This document shows positions 1 to 10,323 of a stretch of 51,080 nt of DNA, piece after piece. The stretch's first letter is position 1. Each line of letters starts with the position of its first letter. The DNA is taken from positions 1 through 51,080 of the forward strand of contig JBIIZN010000001.1 in the NCBI GenBank assembly GCA_044346275.1, given 5' to 3'. This stretch comes from Sediminibacterium sp. Lineage in GTDB: Bacteria; Bacteroidota; Bacteroidia; Chitinophagales; Chitinophagaceae. The position numbers were made by a program, and so were the translations under genes. Below the pieces are notes generated by a model. The model did no database searches. It was not told where the DNA came from and saw only the letters and a program-made list of their open reading frames with translations.

Positions 1-547
1 GCGTCACGGAGACAAAATCAACAACCTAGGCCGTAAAAAAGCACATAGGGAAGCATTGTTAGCCAACTTGGCTAGCCAGTTAATTACGCACAAGCGTATT
101 GTTACAACTTTAGCAAAAGCTAAGGCTTTGAGAACATACGTAGAGCCGTTAATTACAAAAACTAAAAAGAGCGACAACAAAGAAACAATCATGCACCAGC
201 ATAGAGTTGTTTTTGGTTATTTACAAGACAAAGCAGCTGTAAAAGAACTTTTTACAGTAGTTGGTCCTAAAGTAGCGGGTCGTCCGGGTGGTTATACACG
301 TATCCTTAAATTGGGCATTCGTCCAGGGGATAACGCAGAAAAAGCAATGATTGAACTAGTAGATTTCAACGAAATCTATGGTAATTCAGTGAATGCAGCA
401 GCTGAACCAGCTAAGAAAACACGTCGTAGCCGTGCAACCAGCAAAAAAGCTGAAGTTGCTGAAGCAGAAGTGGTAGCTGAAACGCCTGCAGCAGAAACAG
501 CAGTAGAGCCAACCGCAGATTCTTCAACTGATAAAGCAGCTGAATAA
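1..547 (+). CDS. rplQ: 50S ribosomal protein L17 (5' truncated by the window edge; only the AT of the start codon is missing)
   Basis: Frame from position 2 reads [24 protein letters not shown]...TTLAKAK...RPGGYTRI, the L17 signature. Ala/Glu/Lys-rich C-terminal tail. Confidence 0.97.
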   Translation, partial: RHGDKINNLGRKKAHREALLANLASQLITHKRIVTTLAKAKALRTYVEPLITKTKKSDNKETIMHQHRVVFGYLQDKAAVKELFTVVGPKVAGRPGGYTRILKLGIRPGDNAEKAMIELVDFNEIYGNSVNAAAEPAKKTRRSRATSKKAEVAEAEVVAETPAAETAVEPTADSSTDKAAE

Positions 548-568
548 TTTGAAAAGGTAATATGATAT

Positions 569-599
569 AAAAGGCAAGGCTTTGGTCTTGCCTTTTTTT
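569..599 (+). terminator. Intrinsic terminator after rplQ
   Basis: AAAAGGCAAGGC-TTTG-GTCTTGCCTTTTTTT hairpin plus T tract. Confidence 0.85.
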
Positions 600-678
600 A
601 TGTGTAAAAAAAAATAAGGAGATACAAGAGAATTAAACTTTTTTTGTATCATCAAACAAATCGAAAACCAGCATTCCA

Positions 679-1785
679 ATGACGCTTCAAGCCAAAAAGC
701 CCGCAATTTTAATTCTCGCAGACGGACACATATTTCATGGTTATGCTTTTGGTAAAATAGGCACAACTACAGGAGAAGTTTGTTTTAATACCGGTATGAC
801 AGGCTACCAAGAGGTGTTTACAGACCCAAGTTACACAGGTCAGGTTCTAATTATGAACAATGTGCACATTGGTAACTATGGCGTTAAAGATACCGATATA
901 GAAAGCAGTACTGTAAAAATTAGAGGCCTTATTGCACGTAATTTGGAAGAGCAGTTTAGCAGAATACTTGCCAATGGCGATTTAAACACCTATTTGGTTA
1001 ATAATAATTTAGTGGCCATTGATAATTTGGATACCCGTGCACTGGTGGCGCATATCAGGGAAAAGGGTGCTATGAACTGTATTATTTCTTCTGATGATTT
1101 AGACATTGAATCATTAAAAAAGAAATTAGCAGCTGTACCTAGTATGGATGGATTGGAATTAGCGAGTACAGTAAGTACCACATCTGAATATGAACTAGGG
1201 GATCCAGCTTCTGCTATTAAAGTAGCCGTTTTAGATTTTGGCGTTAAACAACATATTTTACAATGCTTGGTGGATAGAGGTGCCCATGTTAGAGTGCATC
1301 CTGCAAAAACGCCATTAAGCCGATTAAAAGAATTCAATCCTTCTGGCTATTTTATTTCAAATGGTCCTGGCGATCCTGCATCTATGGATTATGCCATCAC
1401 TACGGTTAAAGAAGTTTTAGAAGAACAAAAGCCAGTATTTGGTATTTGTTTAGGACATCAATTACTCGCACTTGCAAATGATATTCCTACATTTAAAATG
1501 CACCACGGACATAGAGGACTCAATCATCCGGTAAAAAATATTATTACAGGTCAGTGTGAGATTACAACGCAAAATCATGGATTTGGTGTAGATCCTGAAG
1601 CTGTAAAAAATCATCCAAACGTAGAAGTAACCCACCTTAATTTAAACGATAATTCTATTGAAGGTATTCGTTTAAAAGATAAGCCTGCATTTAGTGTACA
1701 GTATCACCCCGAAAGTACGCCAGGCCCGCATGATAGCCGCTATTTGTTTGATAACTTTATTGACTTAATTAAAGCAAAAGCCTAG
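679..1785 (+). CDS. carA: Carbamoyl-phosphate synthase small subunit
   Basis: GEVCFNTGMTGYQE, SNGPGDP, FGICLGHQ (catalytic Cys), QYHPE. Confidence 0.97.
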   Translation: MTLQAKKPAILILADGHIFHGYAFGKIGTTTGEVCFNTGMTGYQEVFTDPSYTGQVLIMNNVHIGNYGVKDTDIESSTVKIRGLIARNLEEQFSRILANGDLNTYLVNNNLVAIDNLDTRALVAHIREKGAMNCIISSDDLDIESLKKKLAAVPSMDGLELASTVSTTSEYELGDPASAIKVAVLDFGVKQHILQCLVDRGAHVRVHPAKTPLSRLKEFNPSGYFISNGPGDPASMDYAITTVKEVLEEQKPVFGICLGHQLLALANDIPTFKMHHGHRGLNHPVKNIITGQCEITTQNHGFGVDPEAVKNHPNVEVTHLNLNDNSIEGIRLKDKPAFSVQYHPESTPGPHDSRYLFDNFIDLIKAKA

Positions 1786-1787
1786 TT

Positions 1788-2213
1788 ATGAAAATAGTTA
1801 TCATCAACGGTCCCAACTTAAATTTGTTGGGAAAAAGAGAGCCAGATGTTTATGGCACTGCATCGTTTGATGATTTCTATAATGCTTTGGTAGCTCAATA
1901 TCCAGCTGTTGATTTCGAATATTTTCAATCCAATATAGAAGGAGAACTCATTAACGAATTACAGCGTGTTGGTTTTTCAGCCAATGGTATTATTTTTAAT
2001 CCAGGTGGTTATACCCATACCTCTGTTGCAATTGGAGATACTGTAGCAGCCATTACTACGCCAGTTATTGAAGTGCATATTAGTAATGTGCATGCAAGAG
2101 AAGATTTCAGAAAAATTTCACATGTATCTGCAAAAGCAGCTGGTTCCATTGTAGGCCTAGGTTTAAAGGGCTATCAATTAGCAGTTGAGTGGTTTGTTAA
2201 TAAGGGCGCTTAA
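1788..2213 (+). CDS. aroQ: Type II 3-dehydroquinate dehydratase
   Basis: INGPNLNLLGKREPDVYG, NPGGYTHTS, EVHISNVHARE. Confidence 0.96.
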   Translation: MKIVIINGPNLNLLGKREPDVYGTASFDDFYNALVAQYPAVDFEYFQSNIEGELINELQRVGFSANGIIFNPGGYTHTSVAIGDTVAAITTPVIEVHISNVHAREDFRKISHVSAKAAGSIVGLGLKGYQLAVEWFVNKGA

Positions 2214-2224
2214 TTGTCTTAACC

Positions 2225-3766
2225 ATGGTCAAGACCTATTCTCAAAAAGTTTACCTGCTTATTTTTATTGTTGCAATTGCTAAAATTATAGCAGCACCAT
2301 TTTTAGAACTCGGTAATGACGAAGTCTATTACTGGACCTATGCATTACAGTTAGATTTTAATCATTTTGACCATCCACCTCTTGTAGGTTTTTTAATTCG
2401 TGCATCCACTTTAAATATGCACTGGGTATCTGAGCTTAGTATGCGAATGGGTGCTATTATTAGTGCAAGTTTGGGTTGTTTTTTTATTTTTAAAACAACG
2501 ACGGTCTTATCCAATGAAAGAGCCGGATTTTATGCCGCTCTACTCTATCAAGCAGGGGTGTACACGGGTTTTATAGCTGGCTTTTTTATTTTACCAGATA
2601 GTGCGCAACTCATTTTTTGGACAGCGTCATTGTATGTTATGTCATTACTACTATTTGGAAATAAAGAAAAACAAATAGGCTACTGGATATTACTAGGTTT
2701 GCTTATTGGACTCGCCACGCTCTCAAAAGTGCATGGTTTGTTTTTATGGGCAGGCTTTGGGGCTTATTTATTATTTACAAAGCCTAAACAAGTTTTTAGT
2801 GTATCATTTATACTCGCTGCAAGCATAACCCTAGTTTGTATTGTACCTATTGTATACTGGAATTTAGTGTATGATTTTATTACCTACCGTTTTCATTCGG
2901 AACGTGTAACACATACAGGCATTGATACCACTAGTTTTACCACTGAAATCATAGGAGAGTTTTTATACCAGAATCCACTGGTGTACATTTTAATAATAGC
3001 AGCTGTTATAGGGTTTAAAAAAATAACATTTCAACAAAAAAATAGTGGAAGCTGGTTACTATGGATGAGTATTCCACTTATTTTAATTTTTTGGACGGTC
3101 GCATTATTTAATCCCACACTGCCGCATTGGTCGGGTCCTGCATTTATTCCATTAATGATACTTGCTGGTATTTATATCGGTCAAAAAAAAGTGAGTTGGC
3201 CTATTTATTTGTTAAGAACTTCGCTGGGATTTGTGTTTACGATTTTACTAGCACTCGTAATTATTGTGCAAAAATATCCAGGAAATTTTGGTAGCCAGCA
3301 ACAAAATAATTTAGGGGAATACTGTCCTACACTCGATTTAAGTGGATGGAAGGATTTTAGTACCTCTTTTAAAACCATCGCAGCTCAGGATCAATCTAGT
3401 AATCGTATGGGCAAATTGCCTTCTATAATTGTTGGCAAATGGTTTCCGGCAGGTCATTTGGAGTTTTATACCTCGCGCACAACCGGACTTCCACTCATTG
3501 GTGTCGGACCGCTTCAAGACATTCATAAGTTTGCTTGGTTAAACAAACAGCGTCCTGTATTAACACTTGGTGCCGATGCCTATTGTATAGTGCCTTCTAA
3601 TGTTCCATTTGATGTTGCAGAAGCGTATGCTCAATATTTTAAAACCATTGATACGCCCGTTGTGATTGATCAAAAAAGAAGTGGGGTGGTGGTTAGGCAT
3701 TTTGCAGTTTACCGCTTGCGTAACTGCATCAAATTGCCAGTAACTGCTTTCAATCAAATGCCTTAG
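2225..3766 (+). CDS. ArnT/PMT-like (GT-C) integral membrane glycosyltransferase
   Basis: DEVYYW...FDHPP motif after the first TM helix, many TM segments, LSK motif. Confidence 0.85.
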   Translation: MVKTYSQKVYLLIFIVAIAKIIAAPFLELGNDEVYYWTYALQLDFNHFDHPPLVGFLIRASTLNMHWVSELSMRMGAIISASLGCFFIFKTTTVLSNERAGFYAALLYQAGVYTGFIAGFFILPDSAQLIFWTASLYVMSLLLFGNKEKQIGYWILLGLLIGLATLSKVHGLFLWAGFGAYLLFTKPKQVFSVSFILAASITLVCIVPIVYWNLVYDFITYRFHSERVTHTGIDTTSFTTEIIGEFLYQNPLVYILIIAAVIGFKKITFQQKNSGSWLLWMSIPLILIFWTVALFNPTLPHWSGPAFIPLMILAGIYIGQKKVSWPIYLLRTSLGFVFTILLALVIIVQKYPGNFGSQQQNNLGEYCPTLDLSGWKDFSTSFKTIAAQDQSSNRMGKLPSIIVGKWFPAGHLEFYTSRTTGLPLIGVGPLQDIHKFAWLNKQRPVLTLGADAYCIVPSNVPFDVAEAYAQYFKTIDTPVVIDQKRSGVVVRHFAVYRLRNCIKLPVTAFNQMP

Positions 3767-6700
3767 AATAGCTTTTCAAAATCTCTTCTGTAAGAAATAC
3801 TGGCACCAAAACGGTTGCGTCTACCAAAACTTGATCCGCTAATGTCTAAGCTGTTTTTATTAAATAAAATAGCCCTTAATTTACGATCCTGGGTAAGAAT
3901 GAATTCTATATTTAAATCGGGGAGCCATTGTAAGTTACCATTTTTCACACTTGACGAATTACTTAAATTAAAATCTAAGTCGCCACCAAAGGTCACTACA
4001 ATTTTATCTTCAAAAAAGCTTTTACCTATTTTAAAATTTACACGCGATCTATTGATGCCCGTATTTGATGCATTTGTATTAATACCAGAGGCGGCCCCTA
4101 AAAGATCGGCATTGCTGTATAATGAGGTTCCTACATCAAATCTTAAACTCTTGTCACCGGTAAGCTTGTAAAGCATATTAGAGAACATCTTATTGATCTC
4201 TTTGGTTAAAATTTGCGAAAGGGTATTTACGCCAATAGTAGCGAACATAGCATTGGCATTACCATTGCCTCCATTTCCAATAGTAGGAGGAGCGAAGGAG
4301 TTAAATACAATTAAAAATGAAACCTGTTTCAGAATTTCATTGTCATCTTGCTCAAGTCTGGCTAAATATTGCACCAGTTCATTGTCTGTTTTAATAGGGC
4401 TGCCTTGCGGAAAATCTAATGCAAAATTAATGGTTGGCTTTGTTAGTTTATCCCTTAACTGTGCAACTACGTATACTGGCCCACGGTATCCTTTAACAGC
4501 GCCACTCATATTTAAATTACCTACTAAATCATATAAGGCTACTTGCTCTGCGGTATACTGTGCGTCAATTTTAATATTTGCTTTGTTGGGGTCGCCTGTC
4601 CATTCGATATAATTTCCTTTATTAGGAATTAGTTCAAAAGGCTTTTTGATGATTGACTGAAAACTAAAATCATAATTTCCTTTTTCGATATTATAGCGAC
4701 CTCGAATGGTAAGTGGCTCCGCGGTTCCAGATCTTATTTTTAGTCTACCACTTCCATTTGCTTTAATAATATCGCCAGATACGTCGTCTAAAACAACATC
4801 AATTTCAGCTTTGTTATTTGCAGTTAGATCTAGGTCTACGAGTAAATTAAAATCGGAGGTTTTATTTTCTGATTGAATTTCGGTACCGTACTTTTTGTAG
4901 GTAATAAAATCTGCAGAGGCCGATTCCTTAGATACAGCATTTGGTAAAACGATGTGTGAACTATCTGTAGATTCTGCTACAAGTGTAATTTTTGCATTTG
5001 AAGCAGGTCCCTTAAAGCTAAAGTTAGCCTTGCCAATTGCTTTACCATAGAATACTGAATTGTCTTTGGCCTTGGTATCAATGAGTAGCAAGTTATTGGT
5101 ATTAACGTCAAAATCAAAAGCCATGTTTTTAAACTGCTTTTCATACAGTTTACCTGAACCATTTGCTTTGTTATTGTATTTATCTTTTACGGTGAATTTT
5201 CCAAAGTCAATTCCGTCCTCTAAAAATTGAATACGTAAGCTGTCAATGGTATAATCAACTTGTGTGTAGTCAACTTTTAGAGTTGCATTTTGTACTAATA
5301 CATCACCTAAAAGTATTGGACTTGATGGGTTACCTTGTATGCTTAACTGTCCGGTAGCCCTTCCGTCTACATCACAAAAAATGCCAGTCAAAAACTGTTC
5401 TACAAAATTGATGCGGGTATCGTTTAATTGAATATTGGTATAGAGGGGTTGTTGGCTACTATCTGATAAGTTATAAAAGCCATTGGCACGTATTTTATAA
5501 TCTTTATTATCAGATACCACTACAAAAGGAAGATTGCCGGTTTTTGCATCATAACCTGCATTAATATTAACAAGTCCTACCGAGTCATTATCTACCCTAA
5601 GTTGACTGGTATTAATTATTGCATCTGCTTTTAAATCAGAAAAAATGTTTTTTAAGGAAATATTCCCATTGGCAATGCCTTCAAAACGTGGTTGTTTAAT
5701 CGTCAAATTTGTGATATCGCCAATTACAAGGTTATTGACCTTGATGTTTAATTGGTTTGTATTTCCTCCGTCTTCCTCCTCTGTTTGAATTAATACTTCT
5801 TGTGTACCTTGTATAAATTTCACATTGCTGGCTTGAACAAAATTTTTGCGAAGTACCAATTCCCCTTCTTTTTCGAGGGTCCATTTTTTATTATTCAGGG
5901 TAAAATTAGAGGGCTTCCACGCGATTCGAACGCCATCTTGTAAGGTATATACTTCTGCTTCTAAATTGGCGTCATTTAAATTGCTAGATGCCCTTGTTTT
6001 AACTTGAACAATTGATTTGTCGTTTTTTGAATCTATGAAAATAGTAGAGTTTGGAAAACGAATACTATCTCCAATTCCAAGATTATCAATATTAGTTAAT
6101 AGGGTAAGGTTATTTTTGTCGCCCTTTGCTTGAATGCTGGCACCCGTAATAGCATAGTCATAGATTTTCCCGTAAGGGATATTTGCCGTAGCACTTAATT
6201 GATAAGTCTTAGTATTTATTTTTCCTTCAAATGAAAGGTCGTTAAAACCACTCCAGTTTTTATTATACAAACTTATATAAGGGTCTATATAATTTGCATT
6301 TGCTTTAATGGTAAAGTTTTGGTCTGCGCTGAGTTTGCCCGGAGCCTCAATATAATTAGGGTAGTAGTGGTGTAAAAAAGATTGTATACTTTTTGGTAAG
6401 TCGGCAACATTAAATTGCCCATTAATGCTTGCATTAAAATCATTACTTTTTACCGTAATTAATTTATCCTTTCCAACCATTGATGATTGTAGCGCCAGTG
6501 AATCAAAATTTAATTTGGTAGTTGAGTCATTGATATTGGCGTTCAAAAACTTAGCGTTTCCTATAAAGTTATCTAAATTACTGCCTGTAAAATTAGCATC
6601 AAGTAGTCCTGTAACTTCGATGAAATTTGGATATAGTTTAAGAGCTTTTAGATTTGAATAGGCAAGATCCCCTACAATATTAAATGTAGGAGTGTTTTGG

Positions 6701-8460
6701 TTGAAATTAATTTCGACAGAACTCGTAAAGTTTAAGTTAGGATCATTAATGATGACATCCCCACTAAAATATTTTTTCTGAAAAGTACCGTTTGTTACAA
6801 TACTTTTAAAATTGTAGTTCTTGTATTCAATAGCTCTTATATCTCCACTTATACTCGTTTTTAATTTTTCAATATTAAAACTTGACCCTTCAATGCTACC
6901 TTTAAAATCTATGGCACCTAAATCGTCATTATTAGTGAATTTACCCAAATTAAATGCAACAGTTTCTAGATTTCCTTTATAACTGGCTTCACCTTTTTGG
7001 GGAAGTTTTAAATTAATATCAGTGTTAATACCCCCAAGTGCCGTACTAAATACACCTTTGGTAACAAAATCAAAGGCAGTACCCTTAAAATCTCCTTTGT
7101 ATAAAATGGTTCCTAAAGAAGCAAAACTTGGGCTCTTAATATTTTGAATAGTAGGAATAAACTGTGATAGGTCTTTGTAGTTACTTTGCGCAAAACCTTG
7201 TTGTAAAGTAATTTGTGTGGTTTCTATTGCTGGTAAACCCTTCATAGAAAATGTGCCCGTTAAAATGCTGTTATTTCCGGTTCTTAATTGAAGTTGGTTG
7301 ACTGTGAAATTTTCAACAGTACCTTTGTAATTACCAGAAAATACAGCCTTTGTTTTAAACATAGACATAGCCGGGGCAAAAAACGAAATATCGTCTGTGT
7401 GAATAGTAGATTCTTTGATATTGGCTACCATTTCAACATTCGAGATGTATTTGCTAAAATCTTCATTAAAGTTTGTAAACTTCATAGCATAGTAATTGCC
7501 AATGCTTGACCTGTTGGTTTGAAGGTCTAGATTGGCAAACTCCATAATGCTTGGATTAAACTTAAATGAAGTATTTAACTTTTTTACGACAAGACCTGAT
7601 CTTTCCTTGGCTGAAAGTGCAATGAGTGCTTTTATTTCTTTTTCTGAAATAAACATATTTTTTATAGAAGCATTGATCCCAAAAAAATTTAAATGCGTGC
7701 CATCAAAGTTTGAATAAGGTTTATCAAAATCACTATCGATTGCAAAGGCTCCTTTGTTGATAGTAATTTCATCTGCGTTGATATTAAGTGGATATGTTTT
7801 TGAAGCAATCTCATTTGCTTCTTTGATATTACTAGGTTTTAGAGCAGGAATTACTCTCATTACAAAAGTAGGTTGATCCAAACTGATGTTCCCAAGTTTC
7901 ATAAACCCTGTAGTAAAATTTATTTTTTTGCAATCGGCTACTAGGCTTACAACGCCTGCTTTCATATAACTTCCTGCCCATTGGTCGTTTTGTTCGAATC
8001 GTACCGATTTTAAGTCAATTTTTTTGATATCGTATTGGGTGCCACTACTTTTATTAGTGGTGTCATTACTATTTAAATAGGTTGTAATAAAATCGTAATT
8101 CCATTTTTTTGTTTTTCTATTTGTTTTGATTACCGCATCTTCTATTCCAATGTAGCTTAGAGTAGCATTTTCCTTCAAGAAGAACCAATCTGTAATTCTT
8201 ATTTTACACAGGTTGGCAAATAGGAGGGTGTCTTTGTTTTGATCACGTATTAAAACACCTTCTATATTTAATTTATTAAATGGAGAAATAGAAACTCTTT
8301 TGAGGCTAACTTCTGCACCAATTTTTTTAGAAATAGAAGCGGTTATTTTTTGTGCGATATAATTTTGAACCGGACTTGTGTTTAACAGTAGGAGCATCAA
8401 AAAGATACCCGCAATAATCGCGAGTAAAACATTTCTCGTTATTTTTAATTTTCTTTTCAG
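3763..8460 (-). CDS. tamB: Translocation/assembly module TamB-family protein (probable CTG start at 8460; ORF track starts at 8400)
   Basis: About 1560 aa, N-terminal signal anchor followed by PVQN, beta-rich repeats, DUF490-like C-terminus (I.WTGDP...A.I.IDAQY; ends GASISYRRDF). Confidence 0.85.
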   Translation of the reverse strand: MKRKLKITRNVLLAIIAGIFLMLLLLNTSPVQNYIAQKITASISKKIGAEVSLKRVSISPFNKLNIEGVLIRDQNKDTLLFANLCKIRITDWFFLKENATLSYIGIEDAVIKTNRKTKKWNYDFITTYLNSNDTTNKSSGTQYDIKKIDLKSVRFEQNDQWAGSYMKAGVVSLVADCKKINFTTGFMKLGNISLDQPTFVMRVIPALKPSNIKEANEIASKTYPLNINADEITINKGAFAIDSDFDKPYSNFDGTHLNFFGINASIKNMFISEKEIKALIALSAKERSGLVVKKLNTSFKFNPSIMEFANLDLQTNRSSIGNYYAMKFTNFNEDFSKYISNVEMVANIKESTIHTDDISFFAPAMSMFKTKAVFSGNYKGTVENFTVNQLQLRTGNNSILTGTFSMKGLPAIETTQITLQQGFAQSNYKDLSQFIPTIQNIKSPSFASLGTILYKGDFKGTAFDFVTKGVFSTALGGINTDINLKLPQKGEASYKGNLETVAFNLGKFTNNDDLGAIDFKGSIEGSSFNIEKLKTSISGDIRAIEYKNYNFKSIVTNGTFQKKYFSGDVIINDPNLNFTSSVEINFNQNTPTFNIVGDLAYSNLKALKLYPNFIEVTGLLDANFTGSNLDNFIGNAKFLNANINDSTTKLNFDSLALQSSMVGKDKLITVKSNDFNASINGQFNVADLPKSIQSFLHHYYPNYIEAPGKLSADQNFTIKANANYIDPYISLYNKNWSGFNDLSFEGKINTKTYQLSATANIPYGKIYDYAITGASIQAKGDKNNLTLLTNIDNLGIGDSIRFPNSTIFIDSKNDKSIVQVKTRASSNLNDANLEAEVYTLQDGVRIAWKPSNFTLNNKKWTLEKEGELVLRKNFVQASNVKFIQGTQEVLIQTEEEDGGNTNQLNIKVNNLVIGDITNLTIKQPRFEGIANGNISLKNIFSDLKADAIINTSQLRVDNDSVGLVNINAGYDAKTGNLPFVVVSDNKDYKIRANGFYNLSDSSQQPLYTNIQLNDTRINFVEQFLTGIFCDVDGRATGQLSIQGNPSSPILLGDVLVQNATLKVDYTQVDYTIDSLRIQFLEDGIDFGKFTVKDKYNNKANGSGKLYEKQFKNMAFDFDVNTNNLLLIDTKAKDNSVFYGKAIGKANFSFKGPASNAKITLVAESTDSSHIVLPNAVSKESASADFITYKKYGTEIQSENKTSDFNLLVDLDLTANNKAEIDVVLDDVSGDIIKANGSGRLKIRSGTAEPLTIRGRYNIEKGNYDFSFQSIIKKPFELIPNKGNYIEWTGDPNKANIKIDAQYTAEQVALYDLVGNLNMSGAVKGYRGPVYVVAQLRDKLTKPTINFALDFPQGSPIKTDNELVQYLARLEQDDNEILKQVSFLIVFNSFAPPTIGNGGNGNANAMFATIGVNTLSQILTKEINKMFSNMLYKLTGDKSLRFDVGTSLYSNADLLGAASGINTNASNTGINRSRVNFKIGKSFFEDKIVVTFGGDLDFNLSNSSSVKNGNLQWLPDLNIEFILTQDRKLRAILFNKNSLDISGSSFGRRNRFGASISYRRDFEKLF

Positions 8461-8486
8461 TGTCTTAAATATTCAGATATCAATGA

Positions 8487-10208
8487 TTAGAATCCTGCTA
8501 CAGCGTCATCACCTCTATTGTCGGCAACTGTAATTCTTTTTCCTGTAGGTCCAATAAGGATACCTTCTGTTCTTCCAATACTGCCCCTGCTTTTTATCCG
8601 ATAGCCCATTTTTTCAAGTTCAGTTTTGGTATTTTGATTAAATGTTTTTTCAATGCTTACCTCATCAGGGAGCCACTGATGATGAAATTTTGGACTGTTA
8701 ATTGCATCTTCTAAGCTCATATTAAAATCAACGATATTAACAATGGTCTGAAATACCGAGGTTGGTATGGTCGTACCCCCAGGTGTGCCAACTGTTAAAA
8801 ATGGCTTTTTATTTTTAATTAAAAGTGTTGGTGTCATAGAGCTAAGCATTCGTTTATAGGGTGCTATTGAGTTGGCTTCACCACCAATAGCGCCATACAT
8901 ATTGGGGCTTCCAGGCTTAGCACTAAAGTCGTCCATTTCATTGTTTAAAATAAAACCAGCGTCGCCTACTACTGTTCTGTTGCCATAGCCGCCATTGAGT
9001 GTTGTAGTTACTGCAACCATATTGCCTTCTGGATCTACCACACTAAAGTGTGTTGTTTCTTCGGAGGTTGGTGCAACGCCTGATCCAATTTTTTCGCTTG
9101 AACCTGCAACGCCTGGCTTATAATCAAGCATTCTATTTTTGATATAGGCGCTACTTAGTAATGTTTTTTGAGGCACTTTATAAAAATCAGGATCACCAAT
9201 ATGTGCCGCTCTATCTGCGTATGCGCGACGCTCTACTTCAATCATGAGTTGCACCGATGTTGGTGTTTGAAAACCCATTTTTTGAACATTAAAGGGTTCC
9301 ATCATTTTTAGCATCTGACCAATTAAAATACCGCCACTACTTGGGGGTGCAAAACTAATGACATCGTAACCTCGGTAATTAAATACAATCGGTGTTCTAG
9401 ATTTTGCTTCGTATTTTTTTAAATCTTCTAGTGATATGATACCACCGCCTCTTTTCATTTCTTCAACAATAAGTGCTGCGGTTTCTCCTTCGTAAAATCC
9501 TTTGGCACCTTCTTTTTGAATTCTTGTAAGGGTACCCGCAAGCGCTAATTGAATAAGGGTGTCTCCAACTTTCCATTTTGTTTCTTTAATAAATGCAGAA
9601 GGCTTTGTTGAATATTGGATAAAATCTTTTTTTGTTCCGTTTAAACTTGATGCCTCTTTTTCTGTAATAACAAAACCATTGCGGGCTAAATCGATGGCAG
9701 GTTGAATGAGCATTGCAAACGGAAGTTTTGCATACGGGTAAGTTGCAAAAATACCTGCCACTGTACCCGGAACGCCAGATGCCAAATGACCATTTTGAGA
9801 TAGGGCATCTTGTGCATTACCAGCTGCGTCTAAATACATATCTCGGTTGGCTTTTGCAGGTGCTGCTTCTCTGTAATCGATTCCAATTAGGGTTCCATCT
9901 TTTTTTCTAGCAAGTGTAAAACCACCACCGCCAATATTACCTGCACCTGGGTAAACTACAGCAAGAGCAAATTGCGTAGCAATGGTTGCATCAAATGCAT
10001 TACCACCTTGCTTCATAATTTCGGCACCTACCATACTCGCAAGCGGGTGTGCGCTTGAAACACTTGCTTTATTAAAAGTGCCTGATTTTACAACACTATA
10101 CTGATATGGATTTACAGCTTTTGTTGGGCCAACAATAGTATTTTCATGTTGTCCATAAGCGCTGCCATAGACCCAAAATAAGAGGACTGCAAAGATTGTT
10201 GATTTCAT
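8487..10208 (-). CDS. ggt: Gamma-glutamyltransferase, exported
   Basis: GGNAFDA, IDYREAAP, ETTHFS (Thr nucleophile), LNNEMDDFS, RMLSSMTP, GTPGG; signal peptide. Confidence 0.96.
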   Translation of the reverse strand: MKSTIFAVLLFWVYGSAYGQHENTIVGPTKAVNPYQYSVVKSGTFNKASVSSAHPLASMVGAEIMKQGGNAFDATIATQFALAVVYPGAGNIGGGGFTLARKKDGTLIGIDYREAAPAKANRDMYLDAAGNAQDALSQNGHLASGVPGTVAGIFATYPYAKLPFAMLIQPAIDLARNGFVITEKEASSLNGTKKDFIQYSTKPSAFIKETKWKVGDTLIQLALAGTLTRIQKEGAKGFYEGETAALIVEEMKRGGGIISLEDLKKYEAKSRTPIVFNYRGYDVISFAPPSSGGILIGQMLKMMEPFNVQKMGFQTPTSVQLMIEVERRAYADRAAHIGDPDFYKVPQKTLLSSAYIKNRMLDYKPGVAGSSEKIGSGVAPTSEETTHFSVVDPEGNMVAVTTTLNGGYGNRTVVGDAGFILNNEMDDFSAKPGSPNMYGAIGGEANSIAPYKRMLSSMTPTLLIKNKKPFLTVGTPGGTTIPTSVFQTIVNIVDFNMSLEDAINSPKFHHQWLPDEVSIEKTFNQNTKTELEKMGYRIKSRGSIGRTEGILIGPTGKRITVADNRGDDAVAGF

Positions 10209-10323
10209 GGTTGAAAATTACTCAATTTTTGGGTAAATCTGAGCCATTTTTTGTTACATTCACGCATTGTTTAACAAACTATATATGATTTAAATAACCA
10301 CTCATCAAGGTGTTTTAACAGCT

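Noticed and set aside
679-1785. carA without carB (and sucC without sucD at 37199-38410)
   Set aside because: Split arrangements of these subunits are common in Bacteroidota
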